From Burkholderiales bacterium (GTDB taxonomy: Bacteria; Pseudomonadota; Gammaproteobacteria; Burkholderiales; Usitatibacteraceae): a DNA stretch of 64,000 nucleotides. Where the stretch lies: assembly GCA_038203035.1 (NCBI GenBank), contig JBBREI010000001.1, positions 11,385-75,384 on the forward strand. The letters run 5' to 3'. Under the pieces are notes generated by a model. That model saw nothing but the letters and a program-made list of their open reading frames with translations, was not told where the DNA came from and ran no database searches. This document shows positions 23,413 through 32,427 of this stretch, piece after piece (the stretch's first letter is position 1; the number at the start of each line of letters is the position of its first letter). The position numbers and the translations under genes were made by a program.

Positions 23413-24356
23413 ACGACCAACCCTTCGAACTGCATCCGCCGCGGGCAGGCCATTCGCCGCTGGTCCTGGACTCGCCGCACAGCGGGACGCACTACCCCGG
23501 TGATTTTGGCGCGTCCGTCGCGCTCGAGCAACTCCGGCAGGCCGAGGACAGTTATGTCGATGAGCTCTATGCCGTCGGCCCCGACCTCGGCGCCACACTC
23601 ATCGCGGCGCGCTTCCCGCGCAGCTACATCGATCCCAACCGATCGCTGCTCGACATCGATGCGTCGCTGCTCGCCACGCCGTGGCCGGGTCCCGCGGTCC
23701 CCGGCGCCAAGACGCAGAAGGGCATCGGCCTCATCTGGCGCGTGCTCGATACCGGCGAAGCGATCTATTCGCGCAAACTTTCCGTCGACGAGGTGAAGCG
23801 GCGAATCGTTCGTTACCACCAACCGTACCAGCGCGCGGTCAAGGATGCCCTCGACGCCGTGCACGACCACTTCGGCGGTGTCTGGCACCTGAACCTGCAT
23901 TCGATGCCCGCGGTCAGCAGCGCCGTCTCCGAGGAAGGTCCCGGAAAGCCCCGCGCCGATTTCGTGCTCGGGGACCGCGACGGGACGACCTGCGAGCCTG
24001 AATTCACCGCGAAGGTTGCCGAGGCACTGCGCGCGATGGGTTACGACGTCAAGGTGAACGATCCTTACAAGGGAGTCGAGCTGGTGCGGGCCTTCTCCGA
24101 CCCGAAGGCGCGGCGTCACAGCCTTCAGATCGAGGTCAACCGCAAGCTCTACATGGACGAGCGCACCCGGGGGAAAAACGCCGGTTTCGACGAGCTTAAG
24201 GGCAACCTGGGCAAGCTCCTCGTGGCCGTTTCCGAATACGCCGCCGCGCGCTGCGAAGAGGTCGCGGGCGGGCACCACCATCATCACCACGGCCACGATC
24301 ACCACCATCATGGGCACGACCATCACCACGACCACGACCACAAACACGACCACTGA
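23409..24356 (+). CDS. N-formylglutamate amidohydrolase (FGase) family protein with a His-rich C-terminal tail
   Basis: [44 protein letters not shown]; ends [27 protein letters not shown]. Confidence 0.9.
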   Translation: MNDQPFELHPPRAGHSPLVLDSPHSGTHYPGDFGASVALEQLRQAEDSYVDELYAVGPDLGATLIAARFPRSYIDPNRSLLDIDASLLATPWPGPAVPGAKTQKGIGLIWRVLDTGEAIYSRKLSVDEVKRRIVRYHQPYQRAVKDALDAVHDHFGGVWHLNLHSMPAVSSAVSEEGPGKPRADFVLGDRDGTTCEPEFTAKVAEALRAMGYDVKVNDPYKGVELVRAFSDPKARRHSLQIEVNRKLYMDERTRGKNAGFDELKGNLGKLLVAVSEYAAARCEEVAGGHHHHHHGHDHHHHGHDHHHDHDHKHDH

Positions 24357-24357
24357 C

Positions 24358-25305
24358 ATGTCCATCGCCGTCGAGCTGCAAGCCCCCGACATCACTGCCC
24401 ACCGCGCGTCGAACACCGGGACCGAGTTCGTCCACACCTTCGACAGCGGCATCGCGGGGCCACACGCCATGGTCAACGCGTTGACCCATGGAAACGAGAT
24501 CTGCGGCGCGATTGTCGTCGATCGCCTGCTGCGCCAGGGCCTGCGCCCCGCGCGCGGCAAGCTCACTCTCTCGTTTGCAAACGTCGAGGCGTTCTCCCGC
24601 TTCGATCCGCGCAACCCGTACGCAACACGATTCGTCGACGAGGATTTCAACCGCGTGTGGAATCCCGCCACCCTCGACGGCAAGGGCTCGACGGGGGAGC
24701 TGCGCCGCGCCCGCGAGCTGCGCCCGTTCGTCGACCAGGCCGAATACCTGCTCGACATCCATTCGATGCTTGAACCCAGCCCGCCCGTGATGATCTGCGG
24801 CCCGCTCGAGAAGGGCATCCGGTTCGCGTTCGAAGTCGGCGTGCCGCGCGATATCGTGAGTGACACGGGACACGCCAACGGCACGCGCATGCGCGATTAC
24901 GGCGGGTTCGGCGATCCCGCGAGCACCCGCAACGCGCTGCTGGTCGAATGCGGGCAACACTGGGAACGCGCCGCGGAACTCGTGGCCTGGCAGACCGCGT
25001 GGCGGTTCCTCGACCGCCTCGGCATCGTCGATCCGCAACTCGCCGCGCGCGAGATCGGACAGGCGGTGACACCGCAGCGGCTGATCCGGGTGACGGACGC
25101 GGTGGTCGCCAGCTCGCCGGCGTTTCGCTTCGTCCGGCCGTTCGCGGGACTCGAGGTGGTCGAGCGCGAAGGCGAGGTGATCGCCTGGGACGGCGACCAA
25201 CCGGTGAAGGCTCCCTACGCCAATTGCGTGCTGGTGATGCCCGTGCCCAACAACGTGAAGGCGGGGCTTACCGCGGTGCGCCTGGGACGGATCGAGGCGC
25301 GCTAG
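24358..25305 (+). CDS. Succinylglutamate desuccinylase/aspartoacylase (AstE/AspA, M14-like) zinc hydrolase
   Basis: HGNE (HxxE Zn ligands), DFNR and LLDIHS motifs; ATG 1 bp after the upstream stop. Confidence 0.88.
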   Translation: MSIAVELQAPDITAHRASNTGTEFVHTFDSGIAGPHAMVNALTHGNEICGAIVVDRLLRQGLRPARGKLTLSFANVEAFSRFDPRNPYATRFVDEDFNRVWNPATLDGKGSTGELRRARELRPFVDQAEYLLDIHSMLEPSPPVMICGPLEKGIRFAFEVGVPRDIVSDTGHANGTRMRDYGGFGDPASTRNALLVECGQHWERAAELVAWQTAWRFLDRLGIVDPQLAAREIGQAVTPQRLIRVTDAVVASSPAFRFVRPFAGLEVVEREGEVIAWDGDQPVKAPYANCVLVMPVPNNVKAGLTAVRLGRIEAR

Positions 25306-26588
25306 TTGCCGGCGGCATCCTCGCCCTTGCTCGAGGGGCGGATGCCAAGCTGCTTGAGCTTGCGGTAAAGGTGGGTGCGCTCGAGCCCCACGCGGTCGGC
25401 AACACGCGACATGTTGCCTTCCTCCCGGCGGATGTGGTGCAGGAAATACTGCTTCTCGAATTGCTCGCGCGCATCGCGCAGCGGCAGGTCGAGCGAGACA
25501 CCCACCTCTGTCGTGGCCTGCTCGCGCGGTCCGAGGTTGAATTCGCGCGCCACGCGGTTCACGTCGTCGCCGCCGATGTCGTTGGTGAGCGTCGTCAAGG
25601 CAAGCGTCTTGACCACGTTCTGCAGCACCGGCAGGTTTCCGGGCCAGTCCAGGTTGCGCATCACGTTGAGGGCGCCAACCGTCAGCGTGCGCAGCGGCAC
25701 TTCGTTTGCATCAATGAGCTGCGTGAGCAGGGTCGCGGCGACATCGGGGATGTCCTCGGCGTGGTCGGCCAGCGCCGGCACCCTGATCGTGAGGCCCGAC
25801 AGCTGGTGGTAGAGCGCGGGGTCGAAGCGACCGTCGTCCACCATGGCCGGAAGGGGTCCGGTGGCCGCGCAGATGAGGCGCACGTTGAATTTCTCGAGCT
25901 TGCCCAGCAACTGGACCAGGCCTTTTTGCTCGGCCTTGCCGAGCAACGCGATCTCCGGAAGGAAAAGTGTGCCGTCACGGGCCTCGTTGAGGGGCTCGAA
26001 CGGATTGGTGGCGAGCCATTCGCATTCGTCCAGGGCGACCCAGGGCGTATTGGCCAGGTGCAGGTGGCGGGCACACAGCTCGAAGCCACATCCGGGCTCG
26101 CCGATCAGCAGCACCGGGGTGCGCATTCTTCCGACCTGGTCGAGGCGCTGGCGCAGTTCCTGGATCACGCGCGCGCGGCCCAGGTTCACGAGCGCGAGCC
26201 CGGTCTTGGGCAGCGCCTTTCCGCCGGCCAGCGCCTTGCTGACGGTGGCCAGCAGCTTGGGCAGGCTGATCGGCTTTTCCAGGAAATCGAACGCGCCGAT
26301 GCGCGTCGCCTCGACGGCGGAGTCGATCGTGCCGTGGCCCGACATCATCACCACCGGCATCGTGAGCAGGCCGCTTCCCGCCCACTCCTTGAGCAGGGTG
26401 ATCCCGTCGGTGTCGGGCATCCAGATGTCGAGCAGCACGAGGTCCGGGCGCATCTCCTTTCGCGCGGATCGGGCGGTCTGTGCATTTTCCGCCAGCCGCA
26501 CCCCGTATCCCTCGTCACGAAGGATCTCGAAAAGCAGTTCGCGGATGCCGACTTCGTCGTCGACGACGAGGATCTGGTTCGCAGGCAT
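25302..26588 (-). CDS. ntrX: NtrX-like response regulator (REC, degenerate AAA+, Fis-type HTH)
   Basis: LLDIWMPD receiver, MMSGHG, C-terminal GLERTHLYRKLKQLG; downstream of an NtrY-like kinase. Confidence 0.85.
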   Translation of the reverse strand: MPANQILVVDDEVGIRELLFEILRDEGYGVRLAENAQTARSARKEMRPDLVLLDIWMPDTDGITLLKEWAGSGLLTMPVVMMSGHGTIDSAVEATRIGAFDFLEKPISLPKLLATVSKALAGGKALPKTGLALVNLGRARVIQELRQRLDQVGRMRTPVLLIGEPGCGFELCARHLHLANTPWVALDECEWLATNPFEPLNEARDGTLFLPEIALLGKAEQKGLVQLLGKLEKFNVRLICAATGPLPAMVDDGRFDPALYHQLSGLTIRVPALADHAEDIPDVAATLLTQLIDANEVPLRTLTVGALNVMRNLDWPGNLPVLQNVVKTLALTTLTNDIGGDDVNRVAREFNLGPREQATTEVGVSLDLPLRDAREQFEKQYFLHHIRREEGNMSRVADRVGLERTHLYRKLKQLGIRPSSKGEDAAGN

Positions 26589-26605
26589 CTGTATGGGTGT
26601 TTGGG

Positions 26606-28726
26606 TTAGGCCGCAGCCTTGAACGGCAGGACGATGCTCACCGTGGCTCCATGGGGTTTCACATTCTCCACCAGAATGCGCCCGTGGTGCTCGTCGACGA
26701 TTTTCTTGACAATCGCCAGGCCCAACCCGGTTCCCTTCGGCTTGGTGGTCACGTAGGGCTCGAAGATCCGGCCCATGACGCCTTCGGCGATGCCGGTGCC
26801 GTTATCGCGGACGGTAAGCAGCACGCCGCCCGTGCCCAGGCTGGTCGACACCAGGATCCTGGGGTTCTCCACGCCGGTGAGCGCGTCGATGGCGTTCTGG
26901 AAAAGGTTGTGGAGGACCTGGCGCAACATCGCCGGATCGGCGTAGATCTGGGGCAGCTCCTCCGAAAGCCGCGGCTCTATGGAGACGCCCATCGCCTCGT
27001 AGAGGACCAGGACTTCCCGCACCAGGTCGTTCAGGGTCACCGCCTTGGCGTTCATGCGCGAGGAGTGGGCGTATTGCGTGAAGTCGTCAACCATCCCCTT
27101 CAGCGCCGCCACGTGGCTCACGATGGTGCCGGTTGCGCGCGTAAGCAGGTCCGCTTCGGCCGCAGGCAGCTTGTCCTTGAGCTTGTGCTGCAGCCGCTCG
27201 GCCGAAAGCTGGATCGGGGTGAGAGGGTTCTTGATCTCGTGGGCCAGGCGGCGCGCGACCTCGCCCCAGGCGGCGTCGCGCTGCGCCTGGATCAGGTGCG
27301 TGATGTCGTCGAACACAACCACGAAGCCGTTTTCGCCGCGCTGGGCGAGCCGCGTGCCGCGCAGCAGCAGGATGCGCTGGCCGTCGGCGCGGCGGTACTC
27401 CATCTGCTCTTCCCATTGCCGCATGCTCGAAGAGGCGAAGTGGCGTAGGGCGATTTCGGCGAAGGGCGCAACCGACTGCATGTGGCGCGGCCACTCCGAA
27501 AGCTTCAGGCCGTGGAACGCCCCGGCGGGCACCGCGAGGATCTCGTTCGCGGACGCGTTCATCGTCTTGACGTAGAGGCGCTCGTCAAAGGTGAGCACGC
27601 CGGAGGTCAGGTTCGACAGGATGCTTTCTAGATAGGTTTTCGCGTCTTCCAGCTGCTGCTGGTTGCGCTCCATCGTTTCGGTGGCATCGGCGATCTGGCG
27701 CGTCATCGTGTTGAACGATTGCGTGAGCACGCCGAACTCGTCGCGGCTCTTCACCGGGTTCAGCTTGGAGTAGTCGCCCTTTGCGATCGCGCGAGTGGCC
27801 TCTGCAAGCGCCGAAAGGGGGGCGGACAGCCGCTCGGACAGGACAAACGCGAGCGCAAGCGCGGAGAAAAGCGTCAGCAGCATCGCGAGCGTGAGGGTCA
27901 GGCTGAAGATGTCCTTAAGCCCCTCGCGCGCCAGCAGCAGCTCGGCATAGTCCTTGTCGCCGGCCTCGACCAGCGCCGCGTCCTCCGCAATCGCGCGCGG
28001 AACGCGTTGCAGCACCTGGAGCACCCGTATGTCGTCCGCGATGGTGAGCACGTTCACCGGAACGATCACCCGAAGGTACAGACCGCGCCCCGGGATGTCC
28101 TCGATGGAGCGCACGCTCTGCTGCGAACGCACCTGGCGCAGCACGTTGGGCGGGGGCAGATCCGGCAACAGCGCCACCGGCTCCGAGCCGGCCTGGGCGA
28201 TCACGCGGCCACGCGCGGTGAGCAGCGTCGCTTCCTCGATCGAATGCTGCTCGCGAAGGCGGTTGAGCGTGGTGGCCTCGACCGCCTGCGTCGAGGCCAG
28301 GGAGATCGACATCGATTCCGCCTTGAGCGCCAGCTCCTTGAGGGAGTTCTCCATCGCGCTGCGCGCCAGCCGCAGGCCGCCCTTCAACGATTCGTCGACG
28401 CGGACGTCGAACCAGGATTCGATCGAGCGCTGCAGGAACTGGAACGAGATCGCGTACACCAGGCCGCCCGGGATCAGCGCCATGAGCGCAAACACCACCA
28501 TGAGGCGAAGGGTGAGCTTGGAGCCGAAGACGCGCGCGCGCAGCTTGCGGCGCAGAAGCATCAACTGGTAGCCGATGAGCCCCATGAGCCCGAGGGCGAG
28601 GCCGCCGCCGAGGTAGAGGAGAAGCTGGTAGTTCTTGGCGAACAGCGTCGTGTTCGCCGAGGCCTCTGACATCAGGTACACCAGCGCGGCGCCGGCGACC
28701 ACACAGAGGAATATCAGGGGCTTCAC
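26606..28726 (-). CDS. ntrY: NtrY-like sensor histidine kinase (TMs, HAMP, PAS, HisKA, HATPase)
   Basis: GTG start overlapping the DUF4390 stop; SIESWFD, HAMP, AHEIKNPLTPIQLSAERL, DNGTG, GTGLGLAIV. Confidence 0.88.
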   Translation of the reverse strand: MKPLIFLCVVAGAALVYLMSEASANTTLFAKNYQLLLYLGGGLALGLMGLIGYQLMLLRRKLRARVFGSKLTLRLMVVFALMALIPGGLVYAISFQFLQRSIESWFDVRVDESLKGGLRLARSAMENSLKELALKAESMSISLASTQAVEATTLNRLREQHSIEEATLLTARGRVIAQAGSEPVALLPDLPPPNVLRQVRSQQSVRSIEDIPGRGLYLRVIVPVNVLTIADDIRVLQVLQRVPRAIAEDAALVEAGDKDYAELLLAREGLKDIFSLTLTLAMLLTLFSALALAFVLSERLSAPLSALAEATRAIAKGDYSKLNPVKSRDEFGVLTQSFNTMTRQIADATETMERNQQQLEDAKTYLESILSNLTSGVLTFDERLYVKTMNASANEILAVPAGAFHGLKLSEWPRHMQSVAPFAEIALRHFASSSMRQWEEQMEYRRADGQRILLLRGTRLAQRGENGFVVVFDDITHLIQAQRDAAWGEVARRLAHEIKNPLTPIQLSAERLQHKLKDKLPAAEADLLTRATGTIVSHVAALKGMVDDFTQYAHSSRMNAKAVTLNDLVREVLVLYEAMGVSIEPRLSEELPQIYADPAMLRQVLHNLFQNAIDALTGVENPRILVSTSLGTGGVLLTVRDNGTGIAEGVMGRIFEPYVTTKPKGTGLGLAIVKKIVDEHHGRILVENVKPHGATVSIVLPFKAAA

Positions 28727-29319
28727 GGAATGATCGTCCAGCGATGCCAATCGGAAGCTAGCGTCCAGTCACGCGATGCAATCGCGTTGAGCTGGAACGG
28801 CTTTGGCAGCTGGGCGGTATCGAGGCGCATGCGCACTGCCGCCTGATAGACCTGATCCTTTTTGAGCGCGCCCTTGTCGGCGACATGCCACCCGCGCTGG
28901 CGCGAAAGTACGCGGGTTACCTCTTCGAACCTGGTGAAGTTCTGGTATTCGTTGCCGATGGTCAGGCGGTATTGCCGCAACAGCGGCGTGTACGTGATCT
29001 TGAAGGTCCTCGAGAGCTCGATCGGCTTTTCGTCGAACCAGTACCAGCGGGGCCGCGACAGCTCGAAGTCCACGACGAAGTAGAGCGGGATGCCGCGATT
29101 GACCGCTTCTTCGAGGCGCGCGTTGAACTGCACGTCGAATGCGGCTTCCAGCTCCCAGCCGTCAGAGGCGGGTTCCACCGTGACTGAACGCACCTCGATC
29201 CCGTCCGCAAGCGCGCAGGGCGCGACGAACACCAGCGCCAACGCAAAGGCCAGCGCACGAGCGTGCAGCAGCACGGCCGTGAGTTTGCGAAGCGAATGGT
29301 GGAGCGTCGAAGTTTTCAT
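28723..29319 (-). CDS. DUF4390-type exported protein
   Basis: Signal peptide; LEEAVNRGIPLYF, RPRWYWFDE, LDTAQLPKPFQ; sits in its usual position upstream of ntrY. Confidence 0.85.
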   Translation of the reverse strand: MKTSTLHHSLRKLTAVLLHARALAFALALVFVAPCALADGIEVRSVTVEPASDGWELEAAFDVQFNARLEEAVNRGIPLYFVVDFELSRPRWYWFDEKPIELSRTFKITYTPLLRQYRLTIGNEYQNFTRFEEVTRVLSRQRGWHVADKGALKKDQVYQAAVRMRLDTAQLPKPFQLNAIASRDWTLASDWHRWTIIP

Positions 29320-29483
29320 CGATGCGAGCGGACCTGGAGTGCCTGTTCGATGGAAAGTGTGGTATCCGCGATACAGGTGAGGCTACGAAAGTCAATTTAC
29401 CACTAATCTCAAGGACTTGCCAGCGTCACCCACGTTCGGTTGCCCACACAAAACACTCTTAAATCAATCGGTTGGGATTTACA

Positions 29484-30404
29484 TCAAAATTTAGGTTGCG
29501 GGGTATTTCGGGGATTGCCCCGCACGAAGTCGGCCGCATCCATCCTGCGCCCCCCGGGACGCTGCAGGACCTTGAGGCGCAGGCCGCCCTCACCACATGC
29601 CACCAGCAATTCCGCCCCGTCGCCCTCCAGCACGCTGCCCGGAAGGCCCTGGGCCTGAGCGACGGGTTCGGCATCCCAGATCTTTACGGTTTCGCCCGCC
29701 ACCACCGCTTCCGCGCCCGGCGCCGGGTTGAACGCTCGCACCCTCCGGTCGATTTGCGCGCTAGACAGGGACCAGTCGATTTTTGCCTCGTTCTTGACGA
29801 CCTTGGCGGCGTAGGTGGCCTGGTCGCCGTCCTGCACCCTGGGCTCCAGCGATTGAAGCCTGGCCAGCGCTTCGACGATGGATTGGGCACCCAGCGCCGC
29901 CAGCTTCTCCGTGAGTGTGCCCGTGGTCTCCCGCGGATCGATCGGCAACGGCGTGTCGAGAAGAACCGGGCCGGTGTCGAGGCCTTCGTCCATCCGCATG
30001 ATGCTGATTCCGGTGCGCGTGTCGCCGGCGAGGATGGCGCGCTGGACCGGCGCCGCGCCGCGCCATCGGGGCAGCAGGGAGGCGTGGATATTCAGGCAAC
30101 CGAGCCGGGGAATCTCGAGCACGCTGCGGGGCAGGATCAGGCCGTAGGCCGCCACAACAATGACGTCGGCGTGCAGGCCCCGAAGCCGCTGCTGGGCTTG
30201 CGGAGCCTTCAGGGTCGGAAATTTCTCGACCGGAATCGCGCGCTGACCGGCGGCGAGGGCCACCGCGCTGGCAGAGAGTTTGAGGCCGCGCCCGGACGGG
30301 CGATCGGGCTGGGTGAGCACCAGCACGACCTCATGCCCGGCGTCGACCAGCGCGGCGAGGGCTCGGGCCGCGAAAGGTGGTGTGCCTGCGAAGACGACGC
30401 GCAA
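29484..30404 (-). CDS. fmt: Methionyl-tRNA formyltransferase
   Basis: VVFAGTPPFA, TQPDRPSGRG, NIHASLLPRWRGAAP, MDEGLDTG; TTG start. Confidence 0.96.
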   Translation of the reverse strand: MRVVFAGTPPFAARALAALVDAGHEVVLVLTQPDRPSGRGLKLSASAVALAAGQRAIPVEKFPTLKAPQAQQRLRGLHADVIVVAAYGLILPRSVLEIPRLGCLNIHASLLPRWRGAAPVQRAILAGDTRTGISIMRMDEGLDTGPVLLDTPLPIDPRETTGTLTEKLAALGAQSIVEALARLQSLEPRVQDGDQATYAAKVVKNEAKIDWSLSSAQIDRRVRAFNPAPGAEAVVAGETVKIWDAEPVAQAQGLPGSVLEGDGAELLVACGEGGLRLKVLQRPGGRRMDAADFVRGNPRNTPQPKF

Positions 30405-30418
30405 GGGCGCGGCCGGGC

Positions 30419-30922
30419 TCAGGCCGCCTTGCGTTGGCGTTTCTTGAGCTTCGCCCGGATGCGGTTCTGCTTGAGGTCGGACAACAGCTCGACGAAGACC
30501 TTGCCTTCCAGATGGTCCATCTCATGCTGGATGCAGGTTGCGAGCATGCCGGAGGCGTTGAGGGTGAAGCGGGCGCCATTGCGGTCGAGGGCGGTGACGG
30601 TGACACTTTCCGCCCGCTCCACGTTGTCGTAGATGCCGGCGACGGAAAGGCAGCCCTCCTGGTTGGTGGCGACCCCTTCCCTGCGGGTGATCTCGGGATT
30701 GATGAAGACACGCGGGTCGCTGCGATCCTCGCTGACATCCATCACGATGATGTGTTTATGCACGTCGACCTGGGTTGCGGCCAGGCCGATTCCAGGGGCG
30801 GCGTACATGGTTTCGATCATGTCATCGATGAGCTTGCGGGTCGCCGCGTCGATTTTTTCAACGCGCTGCGCCGGCTCAAAGAGCCTCGGATCGGGGTATT
30901 GGAGTATCTCGAGAATGGCCAT
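30419..30922 (-). CDS. def: Peptide deformylase
   Basis: [20 protein letters not shown]. Confidence 0.97.
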   Translation of the reverse strand: MAILEILQYPDPRLFEPAQRVEKIDAATRKLIDDMIETMYAAPGIGLAATQVDVHKHIIVMDVSEDRSDPRVFINPEITRREGVATNQEGCLSVAGIYDNVERAESVTVTALDRNGARFTLNASGMLATCIQHEMDHLEGKVFVELLSDLKQNRIRAKLKKRQRKAA

Positions 30923-31038
30923 AAATGCTTGCTAATTGAAGAAATTATGTGCAGAATTTACCGCACTACATGAGAAAAGGGGCGTAACCCTTTTCTGAAT
31001 ATGGGTCCCGAGCGCCATATCCACAAGTGAGTGCCGCC

Positions 31039-32310
31039 ATGCGAAAGACAATTATAACTTTAGTCGTCGCCCTGGCCAGTTTGGTTCCGGGCGGGGCGTT
31101 TGCCGATGGCATGCCAGCCTCGTCGGAAAAAACGGCCGCAAAGGGAGGCGACGCTTCCACCAGGTTGACCCAGGCGGATCTTGCCGCCGATGCGCCGTCC
31201 GAATACACGGTGGTCAAGGGTGACACTTTGTGGGGAATTTCCGGCCGATTCCTGAAGGATCCCTGGAAATGGCCGCAGATCTGGCAGATGAACCAGGACC
31301 AGATCAAGAACCCGCACCTGATCTATCCCGGTGACGTCGTTCGCCTCGACCGGGACGCCATGCGCCTGTCGCTCGGCGGAGGCGCGGCGGGTGGTGGTTC
31401 GGCCCGGCCCAGCGGCGGCACCAGCGCGGATGCCGCGGGCAACGTCGTTCGCCTCGACCCCCGGGTACGAATCGAGACCCTGCAATCCGCCGTGCCCAGC
31501 ATTCCCGGGACCGCCATCGGCCCGTTCCTGAGCCAGCCCCTGATCATCGAATCCACCGGCCTGGATACCGCGCCGGCCATCCTGGCCACCGAGGAAAGCC
31601 GCGTGATCGTCGGCGCGGGCGATGTGGCGTACGCGGATCGGATCGGCAGTGGCGACAGCGTCAACTGGCAGATCTACCGGCCGGGGGTCGCACTGAAGGA
31701 TCCCGAATCCGGCGAAATACTGGGCTACGAGGCCAAATACGTGGGTGACGCACGGGTGCGCCGCTACGGCAACCCGACAACCCTCGAAATCATCAAGACC
31801 CGCCAGGAAGTTAATCGCGGCGATCGCCTGGCGCCGGCCCGCGAAAGCGCCTTCCCCACTTACGTGCCCCGCGCTCCCGACAAGGCGATCAAGGGTTCGA
31901 TCATGTCCGTGGATGGCGGCGTCTCGGAGTTCGGCCAGTACCAGATCATCACCATCAATCGCGGCGCGCGCGACGGTGTCGAAGTGGGCCACGTGCTCGC
32001 GACGTACCGCAAAGGGGCGGTGATCAATGCCGGCGGCCGCTCGATGGACCTCCTGGGCGGCTCTTCGAAGCTGTTCGATGGGATGCGCATGACCCCGGTG
32101 CCGGTTGTTGCGGATCCTCCGCGCCCGCCCCCGCCGCCGGTGGAGCCGGGCAAGGTGGCGCCGGTAGCCCAGGCCGAAGGCCCGCTCAAGCTGCCCGACG
32201 AGCGCAACGGCCTGATCTTCGTGTTCCGCGTGTTCGACAAGCTTTCCTACGCGCTGGTGATGCGTTCGACCCGCCCGATCTACATTGGCGACGTGATCCA
32301 GACACCGTAA
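31039..32310 (+). CDS. LysM peptidoglycan-binding protein, TsaP-like (secretin-associated)
   Basis: Signal peptide; LysM YTVVKGDTLWGISGRFLKDPWKWPQIW..N..IKNPHLIYPG; located between def and dprA. Confidence 0.85.
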   Translation: MRKTIITLVVALASLVPGGAFADGMPASSEKTAAKGGDASTRLTQADLAADAPSEYTVVKGDTLWGISGRFLKDPWKWPQIWQMNQDQIKNPHLIYPGDVVRLDRDAMRLSLGGGAAGGGSARPSGGTSADAAGNVVRLDPRVRIETLQSAVPSIPGTAIGPFLSQPLIIESTGLDTAPAILATEESRVIVGAGDVAYADRIGSGDSVNWQIYRPGVALKDPESGEILGYEAKYVGDARVRRYGNPTTLEIIKTRQEVNRGDRLAPARESAFPTYVPRAPDKAIKGSIMSVDGGVSEFGQYQIITINRGARDGVEVGHVLATYRKGAVINAGGRSMDLLGGSSKLFDGMRMTPVPVVADPPRPPPPPVEPGKVAPVAQAEGPLKLPDERNGLIFVFRVFDKLSYALVMRSTRPIYIGDVIQTP

Positions 32311-32333
32311 AGCCCGGCCCCGGCAGGCAAGGG

Positions 32334-32360
32334 AAAAGGGGCTTCGGCCCTTTTTCTTTT
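32334..32360 (+). terminator. Intrinsic terminator after the LysM gene
   Basis: AAAAGGGGC-TTCG-GCCCTTTTT, a UUCG tetraloop with a T-rich tail. Confidence 0.8.
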
Positions 32361-32427
32361 CGCCGGCGGGTCAGCCAAGCGTGACCTGCCGTCGTTTATC
32401 GGGCATCCTCCCGATCCCTCCACCGCC

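Noticed and set aside
24310-24357. Thr-rich N-terminus [16 protein letters not shown] offered by the ORF track for the AstE/AspA gene
   Set aside because: It is the alternative reading of the CAC-rich His tail; ATG 24358 right after the upstream stop is the better start
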